Positions 1 through 13,540 of a stretch of DNA of 64,000 nucleotides are shown here, one piece after another. The notes below the pieces were generated by a model. The model saw nothing but the letters and a program-made list of their open reading frames with translations. It searched no databases and had not been told where the DNA came from. The stretch is from Sphyrna mokarran. Taxonomy: Eukaryota. The stretch is taken from positions 151,590,001-151,654,000 of the forward strand of contig JAGIQG010000001.1 in NCBI GenBank assembly GCA_024679065.1, in the 5' to 3' direction. The translations under genes were made by a program, and so were the position numbers. Each line of letters starts with the position of its first letter. Position 1 is the first letter of the stretch.

Positions 1-225
1 TAGCTGTCTTCCAATGTTGTTTAAGTAGGCTTGTCCAATGCACAGACCTCTCCATAAGGATATTTTAAGGCTATTCTGGGACAAGCATGCTTGAATAAAA
101 TGGGGCTAAAGGGATATAGGGGGAAGGTGGGATCAGGGTATTGAATTTGATCAGCCATGATCATAGTGAATGGTTGAGCAGGCTCAAAGGAGGTAAAATA
201 GCATACTCTTGCTTCTATTGTCTAT
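1..225 (+). mobile_element. CR1-type 3' tail
   Basis: GATCAGCCATGATCATAGTGAATGG...GGCTCAAAGG...TACTCTTGCTTCTAT. Confidence 0.6.
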
Positions 226-1248
226 CAAGGAAAGAGGCTCTTCTGAGAACAGTTTCCCTTTATTCTCTTACCTTCTTCCTCCAATCAGTGTTAGTTATCC
301 TCCTAGTCCCAGCTGGGGATAAGGTTGCTTCAATCAGTTTAGGACTGCCAGAATGGCCTTTTGACAAAAATGAATAAATTAATATTAACTATTATTATTA
401 ACATTAATTTTGAATATGAATAAATTCTAGAATCAAGCAACAATTTATTCCCTATTAGCTGCACCACTGTCCTTTGTTTGTCAAGTTGCCCTATCTTAAT
501 AAAAGTTGAAGACACTGAATACATTTTTGAAATAATCTTGAATTAACTAAGGTAGAAATTCGAATCAGATTTCTTATTAGTATGTTATGGAAATTCTGCT
601 AGCTGCAAGGAAAAAAATGCTTGCAACCTGACATTTTGGCATTCTTTCTATATTTTTTGCTCCTCTGAACTTTTGTTTCTTGTTCCTCTTATTAATATTT
701 CAATCTGCATGCTTATCCTCCTTACAACTCTCATTGTTTTTTCAAAACACGTAGCATATTCTCGAAGCTCAAAGCTATTGAACTCCTTACCTCCTTTCAA
801 CCTTTCCCTCCTCCTTCAAGTTTCAATAACCTGCTTTAACAAATCCATATTTTCTTCTTTGTGATGTATTGAACAGTAGTGCTGTCCCATGCCTTAGCTT
901 CTTGACTTAAAACAAGAGTTTTGGTTAGATTGAAGCTGATTCCTACTCTTTTGGCATGTGTAGCCATCTATAGATGTAGTGATCAAAAGTAGTAGAGAAA
1001 ACATTGATCTTTCAATTCAAAATCAGTCCGTACATAGTACTGTTATTACACTGCTCTCATTCTTTCTGAGCTCACTTTTGTAGATGTAACACAAACGTAT
1101 ATTTATTAAGAATCAATGTTGTGACAGATATTGCAGCCTGAAATCTAAATCCACAGTTCAATGTGATATTGCGGGTTTTTTTGTGTGTTTTTTTCCAAGT
1201 ATTTCAATCGTCCTTGAGTTCCAGATTTTCTTTGATTTTCTCTTTCAG

Positions 1249-1418
1249 AAATTGTGGTGAAATTCTGCATAGGATGAAAGATTTATGCAGATATATAAAC
1301 AACTTTGATGATGAGGGCCATAGGAAGTATAAGCATCAAGTTGTTTATTCTACTTTACTGGTTTTCTTCAAGAATGCATTCCAGTACGTCGGCAGTATTC
1401 AGCCATCTCTATTTCAAG
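1249..1418 (+). CDS. INTS10: Integrator complex subunit 10, internal coding exon (first in window; upstream exons lie outside the window)
   Basis: tctttcAG acceptor and GTtagt donor. Translates NCGEILHRMKDLCRYINNFDDEGHRKYKHQVVYSTLLVFFKNAFQYVGSIQPSLFQ, matching human INTS10 as I recall it (GDILHRMKDLCRYMNNFD...VVYSTMLVFFKNAFQY). Confidence 0.96.
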
Positions 1419-1595
1419 GTTAGTTGAGGTGTTCTTAAGAAAATAACATTGTCTCAAGTAGACCAAAGTTAGAGTTCTAATATTCCTATATTATGCAGTG
1501 ATGTTTCACCTGTATGAAAATGCAAGGAGGAAAATAAAGAAAGCTGATAATTGGTCAAAAGAGAGAATAAATGTTTTTTAAAAAATTGTGTCTCC

Positions 1596-4130
1596 AGGAT
1601 GTAAGCATCGCTGGGTAGGTCAGCATTTATTGCCCATTTGTAACTGCTCTTCAGAAGATGGTGATAAGCTGTTGCCTTGAATCACTGCAGTACGTATACT
1701 GCTGTTCTGTCGACAGGTTGTAATTATTTTAAAACTGTACGAAACAAAACTAGAAGAAACCTGCGCCTTTCCAGATATCATTAAATTGATCGATTGCGGA
1801 AGAGTTTCTTGCAAGTTCATCAATTTCACAGAACTCAAAAAATTCTCAAGAGGAAAGTACAGAAAAATGTAATCTTGAAAACTGTTTTATTCAAGCATGG
1901 AGAAAATAAAATTGTATAATTTATTTTAGGAAGTACAGGAAAGTCTCATTGTTCAGATGTTAACAGGTTTCAAACTTCGGATAATTGAGCTTAAAAATGT
2001 CTATCTGTGGTGGAAGAATTGACTTTTTAATGAAATTAAATTTCAAGCTCTTTGATCTTGAACTTCCTAGGACTGGGAGAGCCATACAGTGAATGGATGG
2101 GAGATAAGTATGTATGCATCTGGTTTTGTTTGGACTCCAACCTTTTCTCATCACTATTCTCCATGCTCTACCTCTACCAATCATTCTGTAGCATTAGAAG
2201 AGTTAGAAGTAGTTGAGTGATGGATCATCTACCAGAAATTTTGTCTTATTTTAGGACAAGCAAGTGGTATACCTTGCATCCTGCAAGCATATTATACAGA
2301 TGAGGAAGTGGATAACTAATGCTAGAGTGATCGGTTACCATTAGAAAAGCAGTGACAGAAATATTTTAGGTTTTTAAAATTGAGGTTTCAATAATTTAAT
2401 TAAGTGCCAAAGCCTCTTTGCACCACCCACATCAGGGGAGTTATGAGATGCCACTGATAATTTTGACCCTGAGTAGATGCCCAGGGAGCACAGTAAATGG
2501 TACTAGTGCTTGCTTTTTAAGTAATTGAACCTATTCTGAGGATTTGGGAAAGAGATAATACGAGCACAACTGGACACTGGAAGTGATAACCCTGCCATAC
2601 TTCCACCAGCATTTTTCATTCAAGGAGTTTCAGAATCTTTAAAATAACATTCCTTATGACTGTTCTCTTTATTGCCTGTGTTATAACAATCTAGCCATTG
2701 TGCAATTTTAATCTGGTCAGTAGTTGCCCTTTAATCAATATCACTGAGCCAAACCAACTGGTCAGTTCATTGGGATGTCACTTCAAGGATGTTCCATTTA
2801 TCTACATGACCTTGTTTACTTGTTCATCTTGTAGATATTATGTACTACTGACATTATACACTCGTGGTGCAAGGAATGAACTTCTAAGATGTTGGCTGGA
2901 GTGATAACCAAGTGAGCTGCTTTGTCATGGATGAGGCAGAGCCCCTGGTCAACGCTAGCCTGGAGATATTGATAGAAGGGGATTCAGAAATTGTCAACCC
3001 AAGCCTAAATGTTATCCACATATGTTGCTGCATATGGACAGGGCTATTTCAGTATTGGAGGTGTCATGAATGGACATCTACCCAGTCAGGATCAAAATTA
3101 TCAGTGCATCTCACAATTCCCCTGATGTGAATGGTGTGAAGAGATTTGGGCACCTTAACTAAATTATGAAACCTCAATTTTAAAAACCTAAAATATTTCT
3201 GTCACTGCTTTTCTAATGGTAACCGATCACTCTAGTAATCATCAGTAAACATTCCCACTTTTGACATTATGATGGTGGGATTGTCATTGAAGCAACTGAA
3301 GATGGTTGTTTTGGAGCAGTGATGATTGGTCAGCAACATCCACAAACATCTTCCTTTGTGTTGACTCCAGACAATGGACCGTTTTATCTGTGATTCCATC
3401 AACTTCAATTTTGCTAGGGCTGCTTGATATAATACTTGGCCAAATGTTATTTGTTGTCAAGAGCAATCAATTTCACCTCACCTCTGAAATTCAGCTCTTG
3501 TTCATGTTTGGTCAAAGGCTGTAATGTGGCCTTGAGCTGAATGGCCAAGACAGAATCCAAGCTGAGCATCAGAATGGAGGTTATTGGTAAGATCTATGTA
3601 GTATTGTTGATGATGCCTTCACTTTGCCAATAACTGAGTGTAGGCTGATTGGATGCAAATTGGTAGGACTTGTCCTGTTTTCTGTGAACTGGACTTACCT
3701 CAGCAACTTTCCATAAATAAGCCAGTTTAAATAAGCAAGTTAAGCAAAATTAATTGGCACATTTTAGGCAGATTTATATTGATGCTATCATTCAGCGTTT
3801 ATGAAAGCAGTTTATGATGGACTGCTGAATTAATTCTGAATGCTCAAAACAAGATGACTTTTTTTCTTTGTGAGCAGAAATGTCTTTTTCCTCTCAAAGC
3901 ATTTGTTAACCTCTTTTTCCCCTTGTGTTCAGGGAGTTTCAGGATTTAGATCCAGGGATGATGGAGTGGTGATATATTACAAATTAGGATGGGATGTGAC
4001 GTGGAAGGGCACTTGCAAGCTGTGGTTTTCCCACATGGTACTCTTTTCTATCTAGGTAATAGAGATTATTAGTTTAACAGGTGCAGTTGAAGAAATCTTG
4101 CTGAGTTGCTGCAGAGTACAATGTAATATA
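1596..4130 (-). mobile_element. Fragmented CR1/L2-type LINE pieces (1596-1716, about 2905-2998, 3236-3715, 3933-4130) interleaved with other DNA
   Basis: Each piece aligns by eye to successive parts of the related copy at 57138-58450. Confidence 0.65.
2322..3235. repeat. Inverted repeat pair of about 160 bp (2322-2482 and 3068-3235)
   Basis: Outer ~68 bp identical (CTAGAGTGATCGGTTACC...TGAGGTTTCA versus its reverse complement); inner ~90 bp clearly diverged. Confidence 0.9.
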
Positions 4131-4201
4131 TATATGCTCTTGTTAATGCAAATGCTGTTTTATGCATATTGATTAATAGCTTAAACTAATTTTATTTTTA
4201 G

Positions 4202-4338
4202 CATCAAGCCCTTCCAACAACCAAGTTCCTCTTATTTTATTGGATGACTTGTCAAATATCTATGGTGACGTGGATATCGAGAGGGGTAAACACATTCATA
4301 AAAGACGGAAACTTGGAGACGGAAGGGAAAAAACGCTG
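4202..4338 (+). CDS. INTS10: INTS10 coding exon
   Basis: tttttAG and GTgagt. Translates [46 protein letters not shown]; phase is compatible with both neighbouring exons. Confidence 0.95.
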
Positions 4339-6565
4339 GTGAGTAATCTGTACCTCCTAAATTTTTCATTATTTTTGGAAAGTTATTCTTTTGCGTACTG
4401 TAAATGACTAGGTGTCAGATCTTTTGTAATATTATGCAAGGAAACACCATCTGTAGCCTTGGGTCAGTTTTTGCATAAGACCATGAGATGTAAGAGGAGA
4501 ATTAGGTTACTTGGCCCATTGAGTCTGCTCCACCATTCAATCATGGCAGATATTTTTTTCATCTCCATTCTCCTGCCTTTTCCTCATCACCCCTGATCCC
4601 CTTATTAATATATAGGTTCCACATATAGATATACCCAGCTCTTTCCCTCCCAACTCCAGAACTGCCTTTGTGTTACTGGCACGTTTAGTTGATGTTCAGT
4701 TGAGCCGCAATTTCTTGCAGATAAACCCCGGGATGGATGAAGCTATTATTATCAGCACCAACATATCTGAAGCCATCATTTTTTACTCCTGTCACAAATT
4801 TGCTATTAATTCCATCCTCTTCTCCTGCCAGTGTTTCATGTTGAACAAACTTATTTGAAATTTTTCTATCATCTTTGATGCTGAGCTCAGTTTCTGATCT
4901 CATGTCCTATCCAATACAAAGAACGCCTAGTTCCATCTCCATAACCACACTCATCCGGTCTTTGCTCAGCTCATCTGCTGAAATTCTCGTCTGTATCTTT
5001 GTTACCTCCAGACTTGACTCCATCCAATTAACAATCCACAGAGCATTAACTAGCTGCTGGACAGCCATCAGGAGTGGGGTTAAGTTCCTGCTTGCTTTTT
5101 CAGTGCACATCTGAAAGATTATGTCCACTATGGCTACCACCTCTTTTCTCTCAATGTAGTTTCTGTATCTTGTGCTAGTCTTTTTTTCCTCTTTGTAAGT
5201 TTTCTTTCTTTCAGTTCATCTATATGATTGTACTATACTTTGGTTAAAAGAGAACATTTCTATAAAGGTTTTTCCAGTACTGTGTGGAAGTATTTATCTG
5301 ATTTCAGTTGAGGAATTTGCTACCATTTGAACCATTAAGGAATATCCTCATGCATAGGCTGAAGGTCCATTCTTGCATGAAACATCAAACAAGGTAAACC
5401 AAAGAATCACAAACTACCCCATACCTTGTTGCCTTTCAGATAAATGTTTTTTTTCCAATTGTGCTTTCCATGTGCTATTGTAAAATTTAAACTACAAATT
5501 TTGTTCCTATCATCAAATTCACTTATTGTATACAGGATGCCTGATTTGTTATACTCTTGGGACACTCTTCATGATTTATTGTATCCAGGATAACACATGA
5601 CTATTGTGGAAGAGGGAAGTTAGACAATGAGAGTATTTGCTCCTGGTTAATTGCACGCTTTTAAGATCTAGAAGCTGTTTGGAAACTATTTCTTCCAGAC
5701 AGGGAAAATCTGGTTAATGCAATGATATTCTCATGTTTTAATTAGTTTCACAAAGCAGCAGCTTTGGTGGGCAGTAAATTGAGTGCAGACCTGTATGTGG
5801 TTTAATCATTATTCAATTTATTTATTCTTTGGACAACCCACTCTTCCAAATAATACTAAAGGCATTCATAACAGTGATTTCCCCCCCTCCCCACCCCAAA
5901 TAAAGTTGATAGTTAGATGTTGGGGTATATTTTCAGGATTATGGAACATATCCCTTGGTGTGTCATGGCTTTATAAATAGTGATAAGAGTGCAGATTGAT
6001 TTAATATACTAAATTCTGTTCTCTGTACTACAAAAAAGACATACGTACGTTGGAATGGTTATAGAGAAGATTACCAAAAGTTATCTTGAATAGAAAGGAT
6101 GACTTATGATTAAATATTTCAGCATACTAAAACTTTGCTGCTATAAAAAGCTTATGGAAGACCTTTCGGTTTAAGACATGAAAAACCTTGGTCGTGTGAG
6201 TTTTCTACTTTATAAGCTGCTTGTTCGCCATTGAATTGAGTAATGCCCACTTCTACTTGCGTACCACAGTATCACAGTATGTGAGCACTCTACAGCTAAA
6301 ATATGTTTATTAATAAATATTGATTTCAAATACTTGGATTTGTCAAGCTAGAAGAACTAAACAAATGAAAAATTAATTCACAATACAACAGATGTAAGAG
6401 TAACTTAAAAACATGCCATTTTTGTGGAATAATTTGCCCAACATAATAGTAAAGGAAAAGATATTAAAGATATCCAAAATGATCACTTACTTGGAGAATT
6501 ACAGTGCTAAAGGAATGTACAAGACCCAAATGACCTTTTCCCATTCTTGGCTCACATTCTGTTAT

Positions 6566-6865
6566 GGGCGGCATGGTGACACAGTGGTTAACATTGTTAC
6601 CTCACAGTGCCAAGTTCGATTGCTGGTTTAGTTCAGTATCTGTGTGGAATCTAAATGTTCTCCCTGCATCTGAATGGGTTTTCTGCTGTTTTTTGTTTCC
6701 TCCGATAGTCCAAAAGCTGTGCTGGTTAAGTGCATTGGCCAAGCTAAGTTAGCCTCTATGTATTGAAACCAGTGCTGGAATGTGGCAACTTGGGAATTTT
6801 CATAGTAACTAAGTTAATTACAGTGTTAATGCCCACCTACTTGTGACATTAATAAATAAACTTTA
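6566..6865 (+). mobile_element. tRNA-derived SINE (V-SINE/HE1-like)
   Basis: tRNA-like head GGGCGGCATGGTGACACAGTGGTTAACA, V-domain-like core, AATAAATAAACTTTA tail. Confidence 0.8.
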
Positions 6866-9390
6866 AAATTTTGAACTTTCACTCCGGATTGACATTGAAG
6901 GCGACGATCCTTAATCTACTATCCTTTAATATGGTGCAAAGTTGATTCTGTCACTAAGAACAATATTAGTTCTTATATACTAATTTATTGTCTACCGGGC
7001 CACATGACGTGAAGCCTTGTGTGATGAAGTACTTAAGAATCAGTTGTCTAAATTAGGGTGAATATAATCAGTGTCCTAAACATAGATCAACTGCACAATT
7101 CATGAAGAACTTGTGCTGATGAAAGACCAAATGGTTTCACTTGAGCCAAAGTTGAACCTCAGAACTTTGTGTACCTGGACTAGATGCCAGTTTGAGAGTA
7201 GTGGGTTACTGAGAACTCTGTGATCAGTCCATTCCTTGGTTATGCGGCCTGATTAAAATGGAATATTATTGCTATTTTGAATTGTTCCACTGACTTGGAA
7301 CAGTTACATAATACAATGATTGACTCCTTTCTCATTTGACAATGTTATTTGATTGCTGTGCTAGTTAGCAATCTTTTTGCATCAACGGCAAATATCATCA
7401 TCAATTATGAATCTTCAACTAGCTTGACTGCACTGTAGTTAAAATGTGGGGTCAACTACTACTGACATCCCCCAGCACCGACCTTCTGGACCACTAGGAG
7501 GATGTGGTATTTTATGCTCTCAGCAGCCTGCATAATTTGTTTTGCAACTCAGGCATCTTGTATTAGGCTATAAATTTCCTATTATATATATGCCACAGAA
7601 TCAATGATGATCCTTTTACCAAGTTTTTATAAATCAGAAATTGCACAGATGTCCACTATGCACTTCTGAGTTCTCCGATAAATTTCAAACGCTGTATCGT
7701 AAAGGCTAAAATAAACTTGTGAATTATTCACAAGTTATTACTGCACAACAGCAAAATAGATGCTACTAATAGTTACAGAACCTCAAGTCCACAATTTCAG
7801 TTAAAGTAGCTTATTCAGAGACTGTTTCTTACACGATCTGATGAACAGCAAATTCATAACTTTCATGATTATACATTATGTGAATGTAGTTCTGTATTTG
7901 GCCGTAGAAACTAACTGTTGCCTCCACGTGCAATCAAATAGCTGCAATATAAAACTAGTCAGCAGTAGAATTATGATGAGATGACCATCAACTAAAGGAG
8001 CAGTTTGCATTGACAACCTGATGATTTGCCATGTGCACCTAACACTGTCCTTGCATTGTTAGCAAATGCTTGCTTTAGTGAGGCACATAGATGGAAATTC
8101 ATTGTAGATGTCTGAATACTGCCTCCATGGCTTGAGTTAATAGAATCATACTTATGAATGTTTGGATTGTGAAAAAGCAAACTCTCTGCTTTCCAAATGC
8201 ATCCCTTACTCTTTACAAGTTAATAGTGCAGATGACTAACTGAAGCTGCCTGAAATTTTCATGAGCTGTTTGCAACTCAGATCAGCATCTTGATGCATTT
8301 AGTGTGAGGTCATGTAGTTCATTTGCAGATATAAAATATACTGTCTGTAAATGTAGGGCAAATTGCAATGATTTGAACATACCTGTTAGATATTTTGGGA
8401 TTGAACTATCAATCAAGAAGATGGTGGCTGTAGGGAACCTACTTAGGGGATGTTTTCAAGTGCAGATAGTGTCAGACTTCCATCCAGTGGTTTACCATCT
8501 GTGATAGCATTTATACTTGTATTAACCTTTTCCCTGCAATTTTGCCTCTGTGTTTAAAGTCCTTCTCCCAGCTGTTGGCCTTTTCCATGGCCTCAAATTC
8601 TCAGGCTGCGAATTATCTAGTGATAAGGATGATTGGCAAATCTGGCTATCTGCTGTGTAATCTGTTAATTCATATTATTGCTTGCCTTCAGAATTGAATA
8701 TATCTATCATATCCATAAAACCTGCCAGCTGATCATCTTTCCCTCAGGCCTCAATCACTCAGTTCCTCCTCTTCAACGCTTTGCCTGCTAGCATCAGTCT
8801 CTCATTTCAAGATTATTATGATTTCTCCAGCATATCACCCATAACCTTCTCTTCTCCAAGTGTTAGTGTTTTGAATCTTTCCTTTCTCTATCATCATGAC
8901 AGCTACCAACTGAGCCAGTGCTGACAGTTTACTGACAATAAATGCGGTTTTATATTAATGTGATTAAATGGAATGATTTTTAAAATATTAATGGTTTCCC
9001 AGTGACACAGCAGAGCACAACCATGTTTAGCTAAGTCATGTCATTATGATAGCTTCAAGTTTAGTGCTCTGCAGGTTGGATGATTTCTATTTGGGCAGTG
9101 ATAGGCATTGCAATTGACCATTAAGGAGAGAGAAAATCAGCTACATTTTCCATCCCAAATTGTCATCTTTTGCCTGGTGCAGTCAGTTAATCGTGGTTGA
9201 ATAGTCTGGAAATGTTCGTTGTTGAGGCTCACACATGTGAACCAACCACTTGTGCGAGGTACAAGAGAACACTGAAAGTGTTAAGTTATTCAGAAGTGGG
9301 AAAATTGGTGGAAAGTGTAACTCATAAGCAATATTAATTGTTTAACATTTAAATTTTAAAGATGTTACTTTATTTTACTTTATAATTTAG

Positions 9391-9544
9391 AGTTCTGACG
9401 ATGAAGAATGTTCTGGGAAAGGGCGTAATCGTCACATTGTTGTCAATAAGATTGAGCTGCCAAACTCAATTGATGTACTTGAAAACTTTAAGCTCGCAAG
9501 AGAAAGTTGGGAGTTGCTTCATTCTCAAGAGGCTTTAGAAAAAG
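9391..9544 (+). CDS. INTS10: INTS10 coding exon
   Basis: atttAG and GTagga. Translates SSDDEECSGKGRNRHIVVNKIELPNSIDVLENFKLARESWELLHSQEALEK. Confidence 0.95.
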
Positions 9545-10635
9545 GTAGGACTGATCCCATCTTATAGTGGGAATTAAATTTTTACTCTGTTAGGACCAAT
9601 TTATAAGAAGAAGATTTTGTCACTTATTTTCTCTCAAAATATCTGTGCAAACACACAAGGCTTTATCTTGCTATATTTTAGAGATTTGCAGTTAACAGCT
9701 GCTGCATCAGATTACTGAATTGGTTAACTTATTCCTGGCCTAATATAAGTGTGAAAGTGTTGAACAATTCAATCCCATTACAGGTTTTCCATAGGGGAAT
9801 TGTTCTCTAATTTACCCATAATTGTATTATGCTATAAATTCTATACTATTTATAGTACAATTCTGCCACTATTTTGTTAAAGTCTGTGACAAATTTAAAA
9901 TATGATTGCTGCGTTTGATTTTGTGGAGATTTGCTTGATGACTGATTTCCAGTGCCATTGCAAACTAAAATTGTATTGATACCAAAGGTACAAACAATAA
10001 AAGCATGATTGCAGCTGAAATATTCCTGGTCTTATCTGTGCAGTGAGTTACATGGTCTTACTGATGTTCATCCATTTGGTTTTTCTCCCGTAATTACGAT
10101 TGGAGATGTTAGGAAAGCAAAAGTGCAAGTTTTAATTTTTTTGAGAATTAGCTATGCCTGTATAAACTACACTGGAACCCTGTTATTATGTGGTCCAAAG
10201 GGCCCATATCTTGAGTCTTTATAGGTGAGGCCACATTTTAAAAAGGTCTTTTCAAGACCGTCACACCAGTAGTCAGAATAAAACAGAACTACAATGATCT
10301 GATTAAATTGGCCTCAAACAGATAACTCCTAAGACACTAGTCACATGTTCTACATAATGTGTAGTCACATTTTAAATCCTGCTTATATTTTTTCTCATTG
10401 TCATGAGCTCGCGCTCATGTTGAAATGGATACAACAACATTTTAAGTTTAAAATAAAAAGTATCAGTGGATTTCATTTAAATAATATTGTATATGAACTG
10501 GCCTCTAATTTAAACTTTAAAATTTGACAGGTGAATAAAAGTAAAAGAATTACAGGTTAAAAAAGATGACAAGGAAATTTGCAGAGGTAAACTGTTAAAC
10601 TATTAAATGACAGTCATGGATCAGTGATAACAAGT

Positions 10636-12077
10636 CTGCAAACATCCTGAGCTATTGCAGACATTTTCAGCCTCTCTTTACAACAATCTGAGGCTCCTAC
10701 TTACTTCAAGAAAGCGACTATCATCCCAGTGGTAAGAAAAATCAAGCAGCTTGCCTTAATGACTAGTGGTTGGTGGTTGTGACAGCCATCATTATGAAGT
10801 GCTTTAAAAGATCAGTCATAGCATGAATCAATTTCAGTCTTCTGGACTACCTGAATCCACTACAGTTTGCCTAGCACTGCAACAAGTCCACAGCAGACGC
10901 CATTTCTCTGGACCTGCACTCAACCCTGAAACACCTAGGTAACAAGGATACCTATGTCAGACTCCTATTTATTGACTACAGCTCAGCCTTCAATTATTAT
11001 TTCCATGAAACTTATCTCCAAATTCCGTGGCCTGGGCCTTGGTACCTCCCTATGCGACTGGATCCTGAACTTCCTAACTCTCAGACCACAATTAATTGGG
11101 ATTGGCAACAACACCTCCTCCATGATCATCTTCAATACGGGTGCCCCGCAAGACTGTGTTCTCAGCCCCATACTATACTCCTTGTACACCTGTGACTGTG
11201 TGACCAGATTCTCCTCCAATTTGTTTTTCAAGTTTGCTGACAACACCGCTGTAATGGGACGGATTTCAAACAATGACGAGACAGAGTACAGCAATGAGAT
11301 AGAGAATCTGGTGAACTGGTGCAGCAACATTAATCTCTTCCTTGGTGTCAACAAAATGAAGGATATTGTCACTGACTTCAGGAAGTGTAAAGGAGAACAT
11401 CTCCCTGTCTGCATCAATGAGGATAAAGTAGGAAGTGTCAAGAGCTTCAAGTTTTTAGGTGTCAGATTACCAACAACCTGTCCTGGTTCTTTCCATGCTG
11501 ACACTATAATTAAGAAAGCCCACCAACGCCTTTACTTTCTCAGAAGACGAAGGTAATTTGGCATGTCAGTTACGACTCTTATCAACTTTTATAGATGCAC
11601 CATAGAAAGCATCCTTTCAAGTTATATCATAGCTTGATATGGCTCCTGCTCTGCCCAAGATTGCAAGGAACCACAAAAGGTCGTGAATGTAGCCCAATCC
11701 ATTATGCAAACCAACCTTCCATCCTGTCTATAGACTCTGTCTATACCTCCTGCTGCATTGGCAAAGCAGCCAGCATAATTAAGGACCCTACGCACCCTGG
11801 ATATTGTCTCTTCCACTTCCTTCCTTTGTGAAAAAGATACAAAAATCTGAGGTCACAAATGACTCAAGAACAGCTTTCTTCCCTGCTGCTGTTAGATTTT
11901 TGAACCGACCTACCTTGCATTAGGTTGATTTTTCTCTACACCCTAACTGTGACTGTAACATTACATTCTGCACTCTCTTGTTTCTCTCTCTATGAATAGT
12001 ACATGTTGTCTGTATAGTGTGCAAGAAACAATGCTTTGCACTATATGTTAATACATGTGACAATAATAAATCAAATA
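10636..12077 (+). mobile_element. 5'-truncated Rex1/Babar-clade LINE (decayed reverse transcriptase plus 3' UTR)
   Basis: RT motifs [41 protein letters not shown] and KKAHQRLYFLRR with frameshifts; 3' tail CAATAATAAATCAAAT. Confidence 0.9.
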
Positions 12078-13214
12078 AGAGATAGACGAATGTTTCAATG
12101 ATTGTTCCACGGAATATTAACCAAGGACTGGTTAGTGCTATGGATCTTGCCCATTCTGCTTAAAAAGTTGGAGGGAAAGAGGGATGTCCATCCACAATCC
12201 CAACAGCTGCCCTATATTTGACACTAGGAGCAATGTTGACTATTTTAAGATTGGACTTCTATCTATTTCTCAGGAGGAATGATTCCGCCATTGAGAACTG
12301 CCAGGCAATCAGATTATTAGCCACAGGGAACCACCCTTGTGTCTGCAAGCAGTCCCCATTACTGAGGAGCCTGGATTGACAGATCAATCCAGGGTTGTGG
12401 TGTGGGAGGGGCTGCGCTTCAAGCAGCAAGTGAGGATTGGATTATCTTTGGGATGGGGACCGAAAGGAAATTTCCCCATCCTTACTCAACATTACGTTGC
12501 ATAGCTAAAACTGCTGAGATACCCGTATGGTGTGGTAAAATCCTGCAGCAATGAGATGAAGCCCTTAATTGGATGTTAATTGACCACTTAAGGTATTCCA
12601 TAAGCTCAAGGGTGACTGTGCTGGCTGATCTCTTCTGTGCTTTCTGCAAAGTTTGAAACAGGTCAGGAGTTGACAAATAGCAGATTGTGAATTTCCTTTG
12701 AAAATTCAATTTAGATCACCTCTGTGTTTCCCTGAACTTATTAGGGTATCTGAGGAGCTACCAGTTATAATAAATTCTATTTTGCACACCAATTCTTTTT
12801 TAGTTCTCTCTAAAGTTCTGAAAAGTTCGAGGATAGTTAACTATAAATGATGGACTTGGTTTACATGTATCAAAGCACCTGAAAGGAACTGGAAATATTT
12901 GAAGTTGATATCTAATTTTGGGGAAGAATTGTAGCTGCACACTTGTAAAATGTTGGGTTCCAATTTTTAAGCCTTATTATTTAAGTATCTGGAGATAAAG
13001 TGAAGAAATTAATTCCGAGGACATGGATTTGTTCATAGTTATCAAAATGAAAACTGCTCTTTTAAATGTTTGAAGGGTTATGCAAGAAACCCAAGCAATA
13101 AATCAGCACATCTTTGAAAGAGCGTGGTTTCCAAATTCTCTGTTGGTTACTATCTTTATCAGAAAAACCATAGAGTTGGATCTAAATCTTAACCAGCTGG
13201 TTTGTCAAAACTCA

Positions 13215-13540
13215 ACGAATCCCTACAATGCAGAAGAGGCCATTTGGCCTGTTAAGTCTGCACCGATGTTCTGGTCTGACAGAGAATCTTACCTAGTCTT
13301 ATCTCTGTAACCCCATATATTTCCCATAGATAATCCATCTAACCTGCACATATTGGGACACTGAGGGGCAATTTAGCATGGCCAATCCATTTCACCTGCT
13401 CGTCGTTGGACTGTGGAAAGAAACAGGAGCACCTGGAGGAAACCCACACAAACATGGGGAGAATGTACAAACTCCAGACAGTTACCCAAGGCCAGAATTG
13501 AACACAGGTCCCTTGGGTGAAGCAGCAGTGCTAACCACTT
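13215..13540 (-). mobile_element. tRNA-derived SINE (HE1-like)
   Basis: GAATCCCTACAATGCAGAAGAGGCCATT...GCAGCAGTGCTAACCACT. Confidence 0.8.

Noticed and set aside
1930-2320. Possible mini-gene with short introns inside the 1717-3932 insert
   Set aside because: Splice-like motifs are present, but no frame combination gave a protein I could recognise.
6566-6640. tRNA-like sequences at SINE heads as tRNA genes
   Set aside because: They are degenerate, lack a full cloverleaf and run directly into SINE bodies.
10954-11556. 200-aa reverse transcriptase ORF as a functional or domesticated RT or retron-like system
   Set aside because: It is part of a 5'-truncated Rex1-type LINE with frameshifts and stops, and the catalytic motif reads FADN rather than FADD.
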